From: an uncultured Prevotella sp.
GTDB lineage: Bacteria > Bacteroidota > Bacteroidia > Bacteroidales > Bacteroidaceae
NCBI GenBank assembly: GCA_964539705.1
Contig: CAZIKA010000001.1
Location: 1-44,688, forward strand
Direction of reading: 5' to 3'
Length of the DNA stretch: 44,688 nt
The first letter of the stretch is position 1; every line of letters starts with the position of its first letter. Positions 37,216 through 44,688 of the stretch are shown piece by piece. The translations under genes were made by a program, and so were the position numbers. Below the pieces are notes generated by a model. That model ran no database searches. It was not told the DNA's origin and was given only the letters and a program-made list of their open reading frames with translations.

Positions 37216-37650
37216 ATGAAAGTCAACATCGTAAACAAAGGACATCAACCCCTTCCGCAATACGCCACGCCACAGAGCGCAGGCATGGATCTCAGAGCCA
37301 ACTTAGACGAGTCCGTCACATTGAAGCCTCTGGAGAGACGATTAATTCCCACAGGTTTGCACATCGCATTGCCCGCAGGCTACGAAGCACAGGTTCGTCC
37401 TCGCAGCGGATTGGCCTTGAAAAAAGGTATCACCGTACTCAACACCCCAGGCACCATCGATGCTGACTATCGCGGCGAGATTGGCGTGGTGCTCATCAAC
37501 CTGTCGCAGGAAGAGTTTGTAGTCAACGACGGCGAACGTATTGCACAGATGGTGATTGCCCGTCACGAAAATGCCGAATTCATCGAGGTCGAGGTGCTCG
37601 ATGAGACCGAACGCGGTGAGGGTGGATATGGACACACGGGAGTGAAGTAA
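37216..37650 (+). CDS. dut: dUTP diphosphatase
   Basis: [37 protein letters not shown]. Confidence 0.98.
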   Translation: MKVNIVNKGHQPLPQYATPQSAGMDLRANLDESVTLKPLERRLIPTGLHIALPAGYEAQVRPRSGLALKKGITVLNTPGTIDADYRGEIGVVLINLSQEEFVVNDGERIAQMVIARHENAEFIEVEVLDETERGEGGYGHTGVK

Positions 37651-37661
37651 GAGGTGAGAAT

Positions 37662-39362
37662 ATGATGAGAGCAGCTGTATTGTATATTCTTCTGTTTTGC
37701 TGTTTGGGCATGAATGCTCAGACGGATGATGTGCGGCGCCGCTACGAAGTCACCTTCCACGTAGCCATGCTGCAACGACAGAAGGGCAATCACGATGCCG
37801 CCTTCGACCTGCTCAACCGATGTTTGCAACTGAATCCCAACGCTTCCGAGGCGTATTTCTTCATAGCGCAGTACTACAGCGAGATGAAGAATGCCGACAA
37901 GGCATTGGAGCACTTCAAGAAAGCTGCTGACCTATGCCCCAACAACATGACCTATATGGAGACTCTGGCACAATCGTATATCGCCAAGGAGAAATACGCC
38001 GATGCCATCACGGTTGTTGAGAAGATGTACGAGCAGGACAAGAGCCGTCAGGAGTTACTGGAGATGCTCTACCGCCTTTATTATCAAGAGAAAGACTATC
38101 AGAAGTCTGTCGATGTGCTTGACAGAATGGAACTCATCGACGGTAAGAGCGAGCGTATCTCACTGACGAAGAGTGCACTCTACATGGAAATGGACAATCA
38201 GGAAAAAGCCATTTCCACCATTAAAGCGCTGGCAGAGGAACATCCCTACGACTTGAACTACCGCACGCTCTATGCCAATACACTGATGGGAAGCGATCAA
38301 TTTGACGAAGCCTACGACGTGTTGGAAAGCATCCTGAAAGAAGAGCCTCATAACGTCAAAGCCCAACAGTCACTGCGTACCTTCTTCATCAGAACAGAGG
38401 ACTATGAAGCCGCCGACTCCATTACCCATTGCATCCTCGTCAATAACGATACGGAAATCAGCGACAAGGTCTATCTGCTGCGACAGATGATTGCAGAAAA
38501 CGAACAAGCCGGTGGCGACAGCACGGAGATTCTCAACCTCTTCCAAGACATGCTACAGCAACCCAACCCCAATGCCGACATTGCAGAGTTGAGAGCTGCC
38601 TATATGGATTTGAAGCAGATGCCTCGCGACAGCATTGCCGCTGCTTTGGAACGCGTATTGGAACTGGCGCCCGATAGAGCCTCAGCCCGCCTCCACCTGG
38701 TACAATATGCCTGGGAGGATGACAACGATGACCGTATCATCAGTCTTTGTCAGACCGCTCGTCAGTATAACCCTGAGGAGATGGCCTTCTATTATTACCA
38801 AGGCATCGCCTATTATCGTAAAAAGGATACTGACAACGCTTTGGAGGCCTTCCGTAATGGCATTAACGTCATCAACGAGCAAAGTTCACCAGCCATCGTC
38901 TCCGATTTCTATTCCGTCATGGGCGACCTACTGTTTCAGAAAGACCGCGTTGCCGAGGCATACGCTGCCTACGACTCCTGCCTGCAATGGAAGCCCGACA
39001 ATATTGGCTGTCTGAACAACTATGCCTATTATCTCAGCATCAAAGGCGGTGACTTGGAGAAGGCAGAGCTGATGAGCTACAAGACCATCAAAGCCGAGCC
39101 TAAGAACTCCACCTATCTGGACACCTATGCGTGGATACTCTTCATGCAAGGTCGCTATGCCGAGGCCCGCATCTATATTGACCAAGCCCTTCAGAACGAC
39201 TCCACCATCGGCGCCGTTGTCACCGAACATGCTGGTGATATCTATGCCATGAGCGGTGATATGACCACCGCCCTTGACCTTTGGAAAAAAGCCTACGAAG
39301 AGGCTCCCGACAATAAAGTATTAAGAAGGAAGATTAAACGGAAAAAATATATCAAACAATGA
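37662..39362 (+). CDS. Secreted tetratricopeptide repeat protein
   Basis: Signal-like N-terminus, multiple TPRs, LNNYAYYL...YLDTYAWILF C-terminal TPR block. Confidence 0.88.
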   Translation: MMRAAVLYILLFCCLGMNAQTDDVRRRYEVTFHVAMLQRQKGNHDAAFDLLNRCLQLNPNASEAYFFIAQYYSEMKNADKALEHFKKAADLCPNNMTYMETLAQSYIAKEKYADAITVVEKMYEQDKSRQELLEMLYRLYYQEKDYQKSVDVLDRMELIDGKSERISLTKSALYMEMDNQEKAISTIKALAEEHPYDLNYRTLYANTLMGSDQFDEAYDVLESILKEEPHNVKAQQSLRTFFIRTEDYEAADSITHCILVNNDTEISDKVYLLRQMIAENEQAGGDSTEILNLFQDMLQQPNPNADIAELRAAYMDLKQMPRDSIAAALERVLELAPDRASARLHLVQYAWEDDNDDRIISLCQTARQYNPEEMAFYYYQGIAYYRKKDTDNALEAFRNGINVINEQSSPAIVSDFYSVMGDLLFQKDRVAEAYAAYDSCLQWKPDNIGCLNNYAYYLSIKGGDLEKAELMSYKTIKAEPKNSTYLDTYAWILFMQGRYAEARIYIDQALQNDSTIGAVVTEHAGDIYAMSGDMTTALDLWKKAYEEAPDNKVLRRKIKRKKYIKQ

Positions 39363-40210
39363 AAATAACAAGTATTCTGAAAGTTGCCGCATTGGCGATT
39401 CCCCTTTTCCTTACTTCTTGTCACTCCAAGAAACAAGTTGTGAAAGACAATGCCACCGTGCTCTCCAGTGAGAAAACCGAGGATGTTCAACTTCTGGGCA
39501 AGATTAAGAACAACTCCCAACCAGGCCAGTTTGTCACTTCCAAGCTGAAGTTCTCCGTGGAATACGGCTCTCAGCAGATGTCGCTGACAGGCAACCTGAA
39601 GATGAAGCGCGACGACGTCATCCAGATGCAGCTGATGGCCTTCGGCTTTGTGGAGGCTGCCCGTATCGAGTTCACCAAGGAATACGTGCTTATCATTGAC
39701 CGTATCAACAAGCAATACCTCAAGGTGCCTTACAACTACGTGGACTTCCTGCGCAACAGCGGCATCAATTTCTACACCCTTCAGGCACTCTTCTGGAACG
39801 AGCTATTCAAGCCAGGGCAGTCATCAGTAGAACAGAAGGACTTTGCTAACTTCAACACCGCCGTTGAGGGCAACGAGACCATTATCTCCTTCGAAGAAGG
39901 TAAGATGAATTACAGCTGGCTGACCAATACCGCCACAGGTCGCATCAAGATGACTAACATCTCCTACCGCGATACCTTTAAAGGCAACACGCAGTTGAAC
40001 TGGGAATACACAGAGTTCTCAAAACTGGCAGAGAAACAGTTCCCCAGCAACATGAAAATCACGCTGACCACCCCCGAGAAGGAACTGAAACTGGGCGTAC
40101 GTCTCAATTATCTGGGCAACGAGAGTGAGTGGGAGACCCGCACCAAAGTGTCCGACAAATACCGCGAGGTTGACGTCGACCAGATACTGCGTCGTTTTAT
40201 GGCCCTCTAA
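39359..40210 (+). CDS. DUF4292-like lipoprotein
   Basis: Lipobox FLTSC; IIDRINKQYL and TLQALFWN; dut-TPR-X-envC context. Confidence 0.75.
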   Translation: MKITSILKVAALAIPLFLTSCHSKKQVVKDNATVLSSEKTEDVQLLGKIKNNSQPGQFVTSKLKFSVEYGSQQMSLTGNLKMKRDDVIQMQLMAFGFVEAARIEFTKEYVLIIDRINKQYLKVPYNYVDFLRNSGINFYTLQALFWNELFKPGQSSVEQKDFANFNTAVEGNETIISFEEGKMNYSWLTNTATGRIKMTNISYRDTFKGNTQLNWEYTEFSKLAEKQFPSNMKITLTTPEKELKLGVRLNYLGNESEWETRTKVSDKYREVDVDQILRRFMAL

Positions 40211-40225
40211 TAACTATCCAAGGAA

Positions 40226-41692
40226 ATGAGAAGAATCTGTCTACTGCTCCTGATGCTTATTGTCTGCATGGCTGCTCCGGCTCAAAAGTCGAAGCGGAAG
40301 ACTACGTCGCGTAAGCAGACAACCACCAAGGTGCAACAGAAGAAGCAACCCAGCCAGAGGGAGCTGTTGCAGGCTGACCAGAAAAAACTCAAGAAGGATA
40401 TTGAAGAGAAGAAACGCAAAAAGCAGCAATTAGACCTTCAAGTGAAGAAACAGATGCAGGACGTGCTGGTGCTCAACGATGAGATTAACGAGAAGCAGCG
40501 CGTCATCGATACCATCAAGACCGATATCGACTCACTGGATCGGAATCTCACGATGCTGAATGCTCAGATGGACACCCTACAGCAGGAGCTGAAAGAGCGT
40601 CAAAACCGCTATGCCCACTCCGTCAGATACATGCACCGCAATCGTCAGGCAAAGAATAAGATGATGTTCTTCTTCAGTGCGAAGAACGTGAACCAGATGT
40701 ATCGTCGCACGCGTTTCATGAATGAATATGCCACCTATCAGAAGGCTCAGGGCGAGGCTGTGAAACTCAAGCAGCAGCAGATAACGCAGAAGCAAGAGGA
40801 GATTAATACCAGCAAGAAGGAAAAGAGCACCCTGCTCGAAAAGGGACAACGCGAACGTCAGAAGATGGAGCAGCATCAGGCAGAGCAGAAAAAGATGGTG
40901 GCTCAGCTTCAGAAAGAACAGCGCACCGTACAAGAGCTCATCAAGAAGGAACAGCAGCAAGAGGCCGCCCTGAATGCCAAGATCGAAAAGCTCATTGCCG
41001 AGGAGATTGCTCGCGAGAAAGCGCGCATTGAAGCCGAGAAGAAGCGTAAGGCCGAAGAGCTGGCACGCAAGGAGCGCGAACGCAAAGAGCGTGAGCGCCG
41101 ATTGGCAGAGGCCAAGGAACGCGAGGAGAAAGCCAAAGCAGCTGCCTTAGCAGCCAAGACCGCCAAAGAGAAAGCCGAGGCCAAGCAACGTCAGATGGAA
41201 GCAGAAAATGCCAGAAAGACTGCCGAGCGTCATGTGGAAGAGAGCAAGCAAGCCATCACCGCCTTCAATAATGCCGACCCCGACAAACAGCTCACTGGCA
41301 ACTTTGCCAGCAACAAAGGTCGTCTGCCCATGCCTATCACGGGTGCCTATCAGGTGGTGCGCAGCTTCGGCTCCAATGTTGTCGACGGCATGAGCCATGT
41401 CCACCTTTCCAGCAAAGGCCTTCATCTCAAAGGTCAACCAGGTGCCAAGGCCCGTTGCGTGTTCGACGGCGTCGTCAGCAAGATCTATTCCACGGGCAAT
41501 TCCTATATCGTCATGGTGCGTCACGGAAAGTATATCTCCGTTTATTGTGACCTTGCCAACGTGAGCGTTGCAGCAGGTCAAAAAGTAAGCACCAACCAAA
41601 CGCTAGGTTCACTTGGTGCTTCTAACACGATGCAATTTCAATTGCGCAACTGGACGGAACTGCTCGATCCCCGCCCCTGGCTCAGACGCTAA
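40226..41692 (+). CDS. envC: Murein hydrolase activator EnvC family (coiled coil plus degenerate M23 domain)
   Basis: Signal peptide, long coiled coil, NKGRLPMPITG, VRHGKYISVY; Zn-binding HxxxD/HxH motifs absent. Confidence 0.82.
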   Translation: MRRICLLLLMLIVCMAAPAQKSKRKTTSRKQTTTKVQQKKQPSQRELLQADQKKLKKDIEEKKRKKQQLDLQVKKQMQDVLVLNDEINEKQRVIDTIKTDIDSLDRNLTMLNAQMDTLQQELKERQNRYAHSVRYMHRNRQAKNKMMFFFSAKNVNQMYRRTRFMNEYATYQKAQGEAVKLKQQQITQKQEEINTSKKEKSTLLEKGQRERQKMEQHQAEQKKMVAQLQKEQRTVQELIKKEQQQEAALNAKIEKLIAEEIAREKARIEAEKKRKAEELARKERERKERERRLAEAKEREEKAKAAALAAKTAKEKAEAKQRQMEAENARKTAERHVEESKQAITAFNNADPDKQLTGNFASNKGRLPMPITGAYQVVRSFGSNVVDGMSHVHLSSKGLHLKGQPGAKARCVFDGVVSKIYSTGNSYIVMVRHGKYISVYCDLANVSVAAGQKVSTNQTLGSLGASNTMQFQLRNWTELLDPRPWLRR

Positions 41693-42749
41693 GTATCTGC
41701 AGATATAGCTCCAATGCCTGTTCTATCTCGCTGATACAGATAAACTCATCAGCACTATGACTACGCCTTGACTCGCCTGGCCCCAGTTTGAACGAGGGGA
41801 ACGGCATCAGCGCCTGATCAGAGAGCGTAGGCGAACCGAAGGGTTTTAATCCTAATTCCACACAACGTTTTACCAGTGGATGCTCCATCGCAATACTTGA
41901 TGAATGCAGACGGAACGAACGGGCTTTCAGTTCGCAGCGTTTCAGGTGTTTCTGCAGGAAGGCGAACACATATTCATTCTGATAGTACTCGTTGGTACGC
42001 ACATCGATGACGAAATGCAGACTATCAGGTATCACGTTATGCTGCGTACCGCTCTCCACCTGCGTCACCGTCATCTTCGTTGGTCCCAGCAGCGGACTTT
42101 CCTTACTGAAACGATAGTCACGCAGCCACACCAGGTCGTCCAACGCCTCATAGATAGCATTCACGCCCTCGTTTCTTGCCGCATGACCACTCACGCCCTT
42201 TGCGTAGCCGTCAATCACCATCAGTCCTTTCTCTGCGATGGCAGGTTGCATCCCCGTAGGCTCACCTACAATAGCTACATCTATTTTGGGCAATCGTTTC
42301 AAAACACGTTCCATACCATCCTTGCCCGACACCTCCTCTTCGGCCGATGCCAGGTATATCAGGTTAAACGGCAACACCTTGTCTTTCAATATACGAAAGA
42401 CCTGAAGCAGCGTCACCAGTCCACCGCCGCAGTCGTTCGACCCTATACCATACAGGCGGTCGTCTTCCACTACGGGCTCATTCGGGTTCCTCGTCCATGT
42501 TGCCACAGGCTTCACCGTATCTATATGTGCGTTAAGCAGCACTGTAGGTTTCTGTTCATCATAATCCTTGCAGACCGCCCATAGGTTGTTTGCTTCACGC
42601 TGAGGGGTCAGTCCCCACTCCGTCATTCTTTTCTCCAACCAGTCGGCAGCCTGCGTCTCACTACGACTCACTCTTGGAATTGCAATCAGTTCTTTAAGCA
42701 ATTCCACCGCATCGTTCACTTCAGAATAGTTTCTCATCTTTATCAACAT
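41682..42749 (-). CDS. argE: M20 family metallohydrolase (acetylornithine deacetylase ArgE/DapE-like)
   Basis: LLNAHIDTV, GIGSNDCGG, AEEE, VGEPT, GHAA, SHSADE; start at 42749 or 42737. Confidence 0.78.
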   Translation of the reverse strand: MLIKMRNYSEVNDAVELLKELIAIPRVSRSETQAADWLEKRMTEWGLTPQREANNLWAVCKDYDEQKPTVLLNAHIDTVKPVATWTRNPNEPVVEDDRLYGIGSNDCGGGLVTLLQVFRILKDKVLPFNLIYLASAEEEVSGKDGMERVLKRLPKIDVAIVGEPTGMQPAIAEKGLMVIDGYAKGVSGHAARNEGVNAIYEALDDLVWLRDYRFSKESPLLGPTKMTVTQVESGTQHNVIPDSLHFVIDVRTNEYYQNEYVFAFLQKHLKRCELKARSFRLHSSSIAMEHPLVKRCVELGLKPFGSPTLSDQALMPFPSFKLGPGESRRSHSADEFICISEIEQALELYLQILSV

Positions 42750-42756
42750 TTGCTTG

Positions 42757-42764
42757 CAAAGTTA
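42757..42764 (-). promoter_or_regulatory. -7 promoter element for the M20 gene
   Basis: TAACTTTG on the minus strand, 7 nt before ATG 42749. Confidence 0.6.
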
Positions 42765-42805
42765 CGAATAAGCTCGAAAAAAAACAAATATATTCGGATT
42801 TTTCC

Positions 42806-42830
42806 GAAAAGACACAGGAACTGTCCTTTC
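42806..42830 (-). terminator. Possible terminator hairpin after recO
   Basis: GAAAGGACA-gttcctg-TGTCTTTTC on the minus strand; weak U tail. Confidence 0.35.
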
Positions 42831-42833
42831 CTT

Positions 42834-43577
42834 TTATTGGAATAATTCTTGAAGAACGGACAGGGAACGGAGTTCAGGAAATTGGGGGATATGTAGGCGA
42901 TAGTACTGAACGATGAGCTCCACGATACGATTGCGATCGACGCGGCTCAGACGGAAAAGATGCATGGAGAAAAAATCCATGCGCATCAATAAGCGGATGC
43001 GACTAGCCTCCCGAGGCATCAGGAAATCACGGTGAAGGGGTGCCGAGGTACAGAAACGACCTTCGCGCAAGTCGAAGAAGAAGTCGCTCACCTCTTCCCC
43101 CCTCTCCCCTCTCCCCTCTAGATTAGGATAGAAACCCAGGAAACGGCTGAGATGCATGAGGAAGACGAGGTGGAAATTAGCAAAGTCAGTCTCTCGCCCA
43201 TCAAGCCACTCTATGCTAGTGCGCACATAATCGAAGAGGGCCTCGTTTTGCTGTTCATCACGCAAGGCATGAAAGAGAAACTCGCAGACAAACAGTCCGA
43301 TAGCCAACTTCGAGGGATCAGACAACAACGAGGGAAGAGGCGTCAGAAGCGAGACCTCGCTGATTCGTTGTAATGGCTGTTGCGGCCTAACGTCTGCTTC
43401 AATATATAATAAGGTAAGGGGTTGGAAGAACTGCTTCTTCAACTTAGCATGAGCCGAGTGGGACAACTGCACAGCAAACGACAGTCGCCCCCACTGACGA
43501 GTGAACATATCGACGATAAGTTTCTGCTCGCCATATTTCACGGAATGTAGCACAATGGCCACTGTTTTCGACTTCAC
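42834..43577 (-). CDS. recO: DNA repair protein RecO
   Basis: KTVAIVLHSVKYGE, FQPLTLL, ANFHLVFL, LGFYPN, YYRLHIPQFPELRSL; start inferred at GTG 43577. Confidence 0.9.
   Translation of the reverse strand: MKSKTVAIVLHSVKYGEQKLIVDMFTRQWGRLSFAVQLSHSAHAKLKKQFFQPLTLLYIEADVRPQQPLQRISEVSLLTPLPSLLSDPSKLAIGLFVCEFLFHALRDEQQNEALFDYVRTSIEWLDGRETDFANFHLVFLMHLSRFLGFYPNLEGRGERGEEVSDFFFDLREGRFCTSAPLHRDFLMPREASRIRLLMRMDFFSMHLFRLSRVDRNRIVELIVQYYRLHIPQFPELRSLSVLQELFQ
43089..43119. repeat. Heptamer repeat (CCCCTCT x3 plus CACCTCT) inside recO
   Basis: Encodes EGRGERGEEV in a loop after FYPNL. Confidence 0.7.
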
Positions 43578-43630
43578 GGCGGCGAAATTAGCAAAAAAAA
43601 TGCAAAAACAAGCACTTTTCTTTAAGAAAA

Positions 43631-43662
43631 TTTGGCAGAACGAGAAAAAAGTAGTACTTTTG
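43631..43662 (+). promoter_or_regulatory. Promoter for tRNA-Glu/rpsT
   Basis: TTTG at 43631-43634 and TACTTTTG at 43655-43662, 20-nt spacer. Confidence 0.8.
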
Positions 43663-43676
43663 CACCCGCTTTTCGC

Positions 43677-43711
43677 CTCATTATGCATTAAGCATTGTGA
43701 ATTAAGCATTT
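43677..43711. repeat. Heptamer tandem repeat upstream of tRNA-Glu
   Basis: ctcatta-tgcatta-agcattg-tgaatta-agcattt. Confidence 0.75.
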
Positions 43712-43716
43712 AAAAT

Positions 43717-43788
43717 GGTCCCTTCGTCTATCGGTTAGGACGAGAGATTTTCATTCTCTAAAGAGGAGTTCGACTCTCCTAGGGACTA
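43717..43788 (+). tRNA. tRNA-Glu (TTC)
   Basis: Acceptor GGTCCCT/AGGGACT, anticodon arm AGAGA-TTTTCAT-TCTCT, T arm AGGAG-TTCGACT-CTCCT. Confidence 0.97.
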
Positions 43789-43869
43789 CAAATTAAAATC
43801 CGCCATCTGCGCTGTGGTAGCGCTACCGGCAAGAAGCTGGGAAGGGGTGGCGGAGGATTTTTTAAGCAG

Positions 43870-43904
43870 GTTATTATGCATTAAGCATTAAGAATCATGC
43901 ATTA
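43870..43904. repeat. Heptamer tandem repeat downstream of tRNA-Glu
   Basis: gttatta-tgcatta-agcatta-agaatca-tgcatta. Confidence 0.75.
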
Positions 43905-43981
43905 AAGAGTCCGCCTAGGGCAGTTGAGAAAACGCAAGACCCATAAGCTTTAATAACAATTTAAAAAATTCAAAATTAAAA

Positions 43982-44236
43982 ATGGCAAACCACAAATCAT
44001 CGGTGAAGAGAATTCGCCAGGACAAAAAGAAGGCTCTGCACAACAAGTACTACGCAAAGACTATGCGTAACGCTGTTCGCAAGCTGCGCGCTATGACCAA
44101 CAAGGACGAGGCTGTTGCACTCTATCCCAAAGTTCAGAAGATGCTGGACAAGTTGGCTAAGACTCACATCATTCACAAGAACAAGGCCGCTAACTTGAAG
44201 TCAAGCCTCGCTCTGCACGTGAACAAGTTGGGCTAA
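43982..44236 (+). CDS. rpsT: 30S ribosomal protein S20
   Basis: [13 protein letters not shown]...[12 protein letters not shown]. Confidence 0.98.
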   Translation: MANHKSSVKRIRQDKKKALHNKYYAKTMRNAVRKLRAMTNKDEAVALYPKVQKMLDKLAKTHIIHKNKAANLKSSLALHVNKLG

Positions 44237-44256
44237 TCAGCGACAAAAATAAACAG

Positions 44257-44291
44257 AAGCCGTACAAGTATTACTTGCACGGCTTTTTTTT
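44257..44291 (+). terminator. Intrinsic terminator after rpsT
   Basis: AAGCCGTACAAGTA-t-TACTTGCACGGCTT followed by a T run. Confidence 0.85.
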
Positions 44292-44336
44292 GCGTTTTTT
44301 GGCAATAAAAAATTCGTTATTCTCACAATAATTTTG

Positions 44337-44344
44337 TACCTTTG
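44337..44344 (+). promoter_or_regulatory. -7 promoter element for gyrB
   Basis: TACCTTTG 25 nt before ATG 44370. Confidence 0.65.
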
Positions 44345-44369
44345 CAAGCAAAATTGGACATTTCAAAAA

Positions 44370-44688
44370 ATGGCAGAAGAACTGAATCAAACAGAACAGA
44401 ATTATTCCGCGAGTAACATCCAGGTACTCGAGGGATTGGAAGCCGTGCGCAAGCGTCCTGCTATGTACATCGGCGACATTAGTGAGAAAGGTTTGCATCA
44501 CCTGGTAAACGAGACCGTCGACAACTCTATCGACGAGGCAATGGCGGGCTATTGCACGCATATCGAGGTGACCATCAACGAAGACAACTCAATCACCGTA
44601 CAAGATAACGGACGCGGTATCCCCGTAGACGAACACGAGAAGATGCACAAGTCGGCCCTTGAGGTCGTAATGACTGTGCTCCACGCTG
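44370..44688 (+). CDS. gyrB: DNA gyrase subunit B, 5' part (runs off the window)
   Basis: [69 protein letters not shown]. Confidence 0.95.
   Translation, partial: MAEELNQTEQNYSASNIQVLEGLEAVRKRPAMYIGDISEKGLHHLVNETVDNSIDEAMAGYCTHIEVTINEDNSITVQDNGRGIPVDEHEKMHKSALEVVMTVLHA

Noticed and set aside
43578-43709. N-terminal extension of RecO
   Set aside because: Spans the divergent promoters and a heptamer repeat; low-complexity and not RecO-like.
44271-44561. 96-aa minus-strand ORF
   Set aside because: Antisense shadow of gyrB.

Overview
Core-chromosome window of a Bacteroidota bacterium, most likely Prevotella-like. Evidence for this: TAnnTTTG/TTTG promoters, no Shine-Dalgarno motifs, and Bacteroidales gene order. 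Left part: tRNA-Pro(CGG), a ComEA-like HhH protein, an SNF transporter and VanZ. These are followed by a ~10.3-kb accessory cassette: a membrane-anchored AraC-type regulator, a ~21-bp-period operator-like array, an unannotated 40-aa membrane peptide, a ~2828-aa modular secreted surface protein, a 62-aa YxxP peptide and a terminator. A candidate structured RNA follows the cassette. Centre: a ~19-kb minus-strand run, mraZ-rsmH-ftsL-ftsI-murE-mraY-murD-ftsW-murG-murC-ftsQ-ftsA-ftsZ-acyl-CoA ligase-prfB (no frameshift)-49-aa sORF-CYTH. Right part: a glsA/glsB-like glycine-lipid acyltransferase pair, dGTPase, DMT transporter, dut-TPR-DUF4292-envC, an ArgE-like M20 peptidase, recO, tRNA-Glu(TTC), rpsT and the 5' part of gyrB. 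Short 7-, 8- and 9-bp tandem repeats occur in several genes and intergenic regions. No transposase, integrase, prophage or CRISPR array was seen. All family assignments come from motif recognition by eye; no database search was run.
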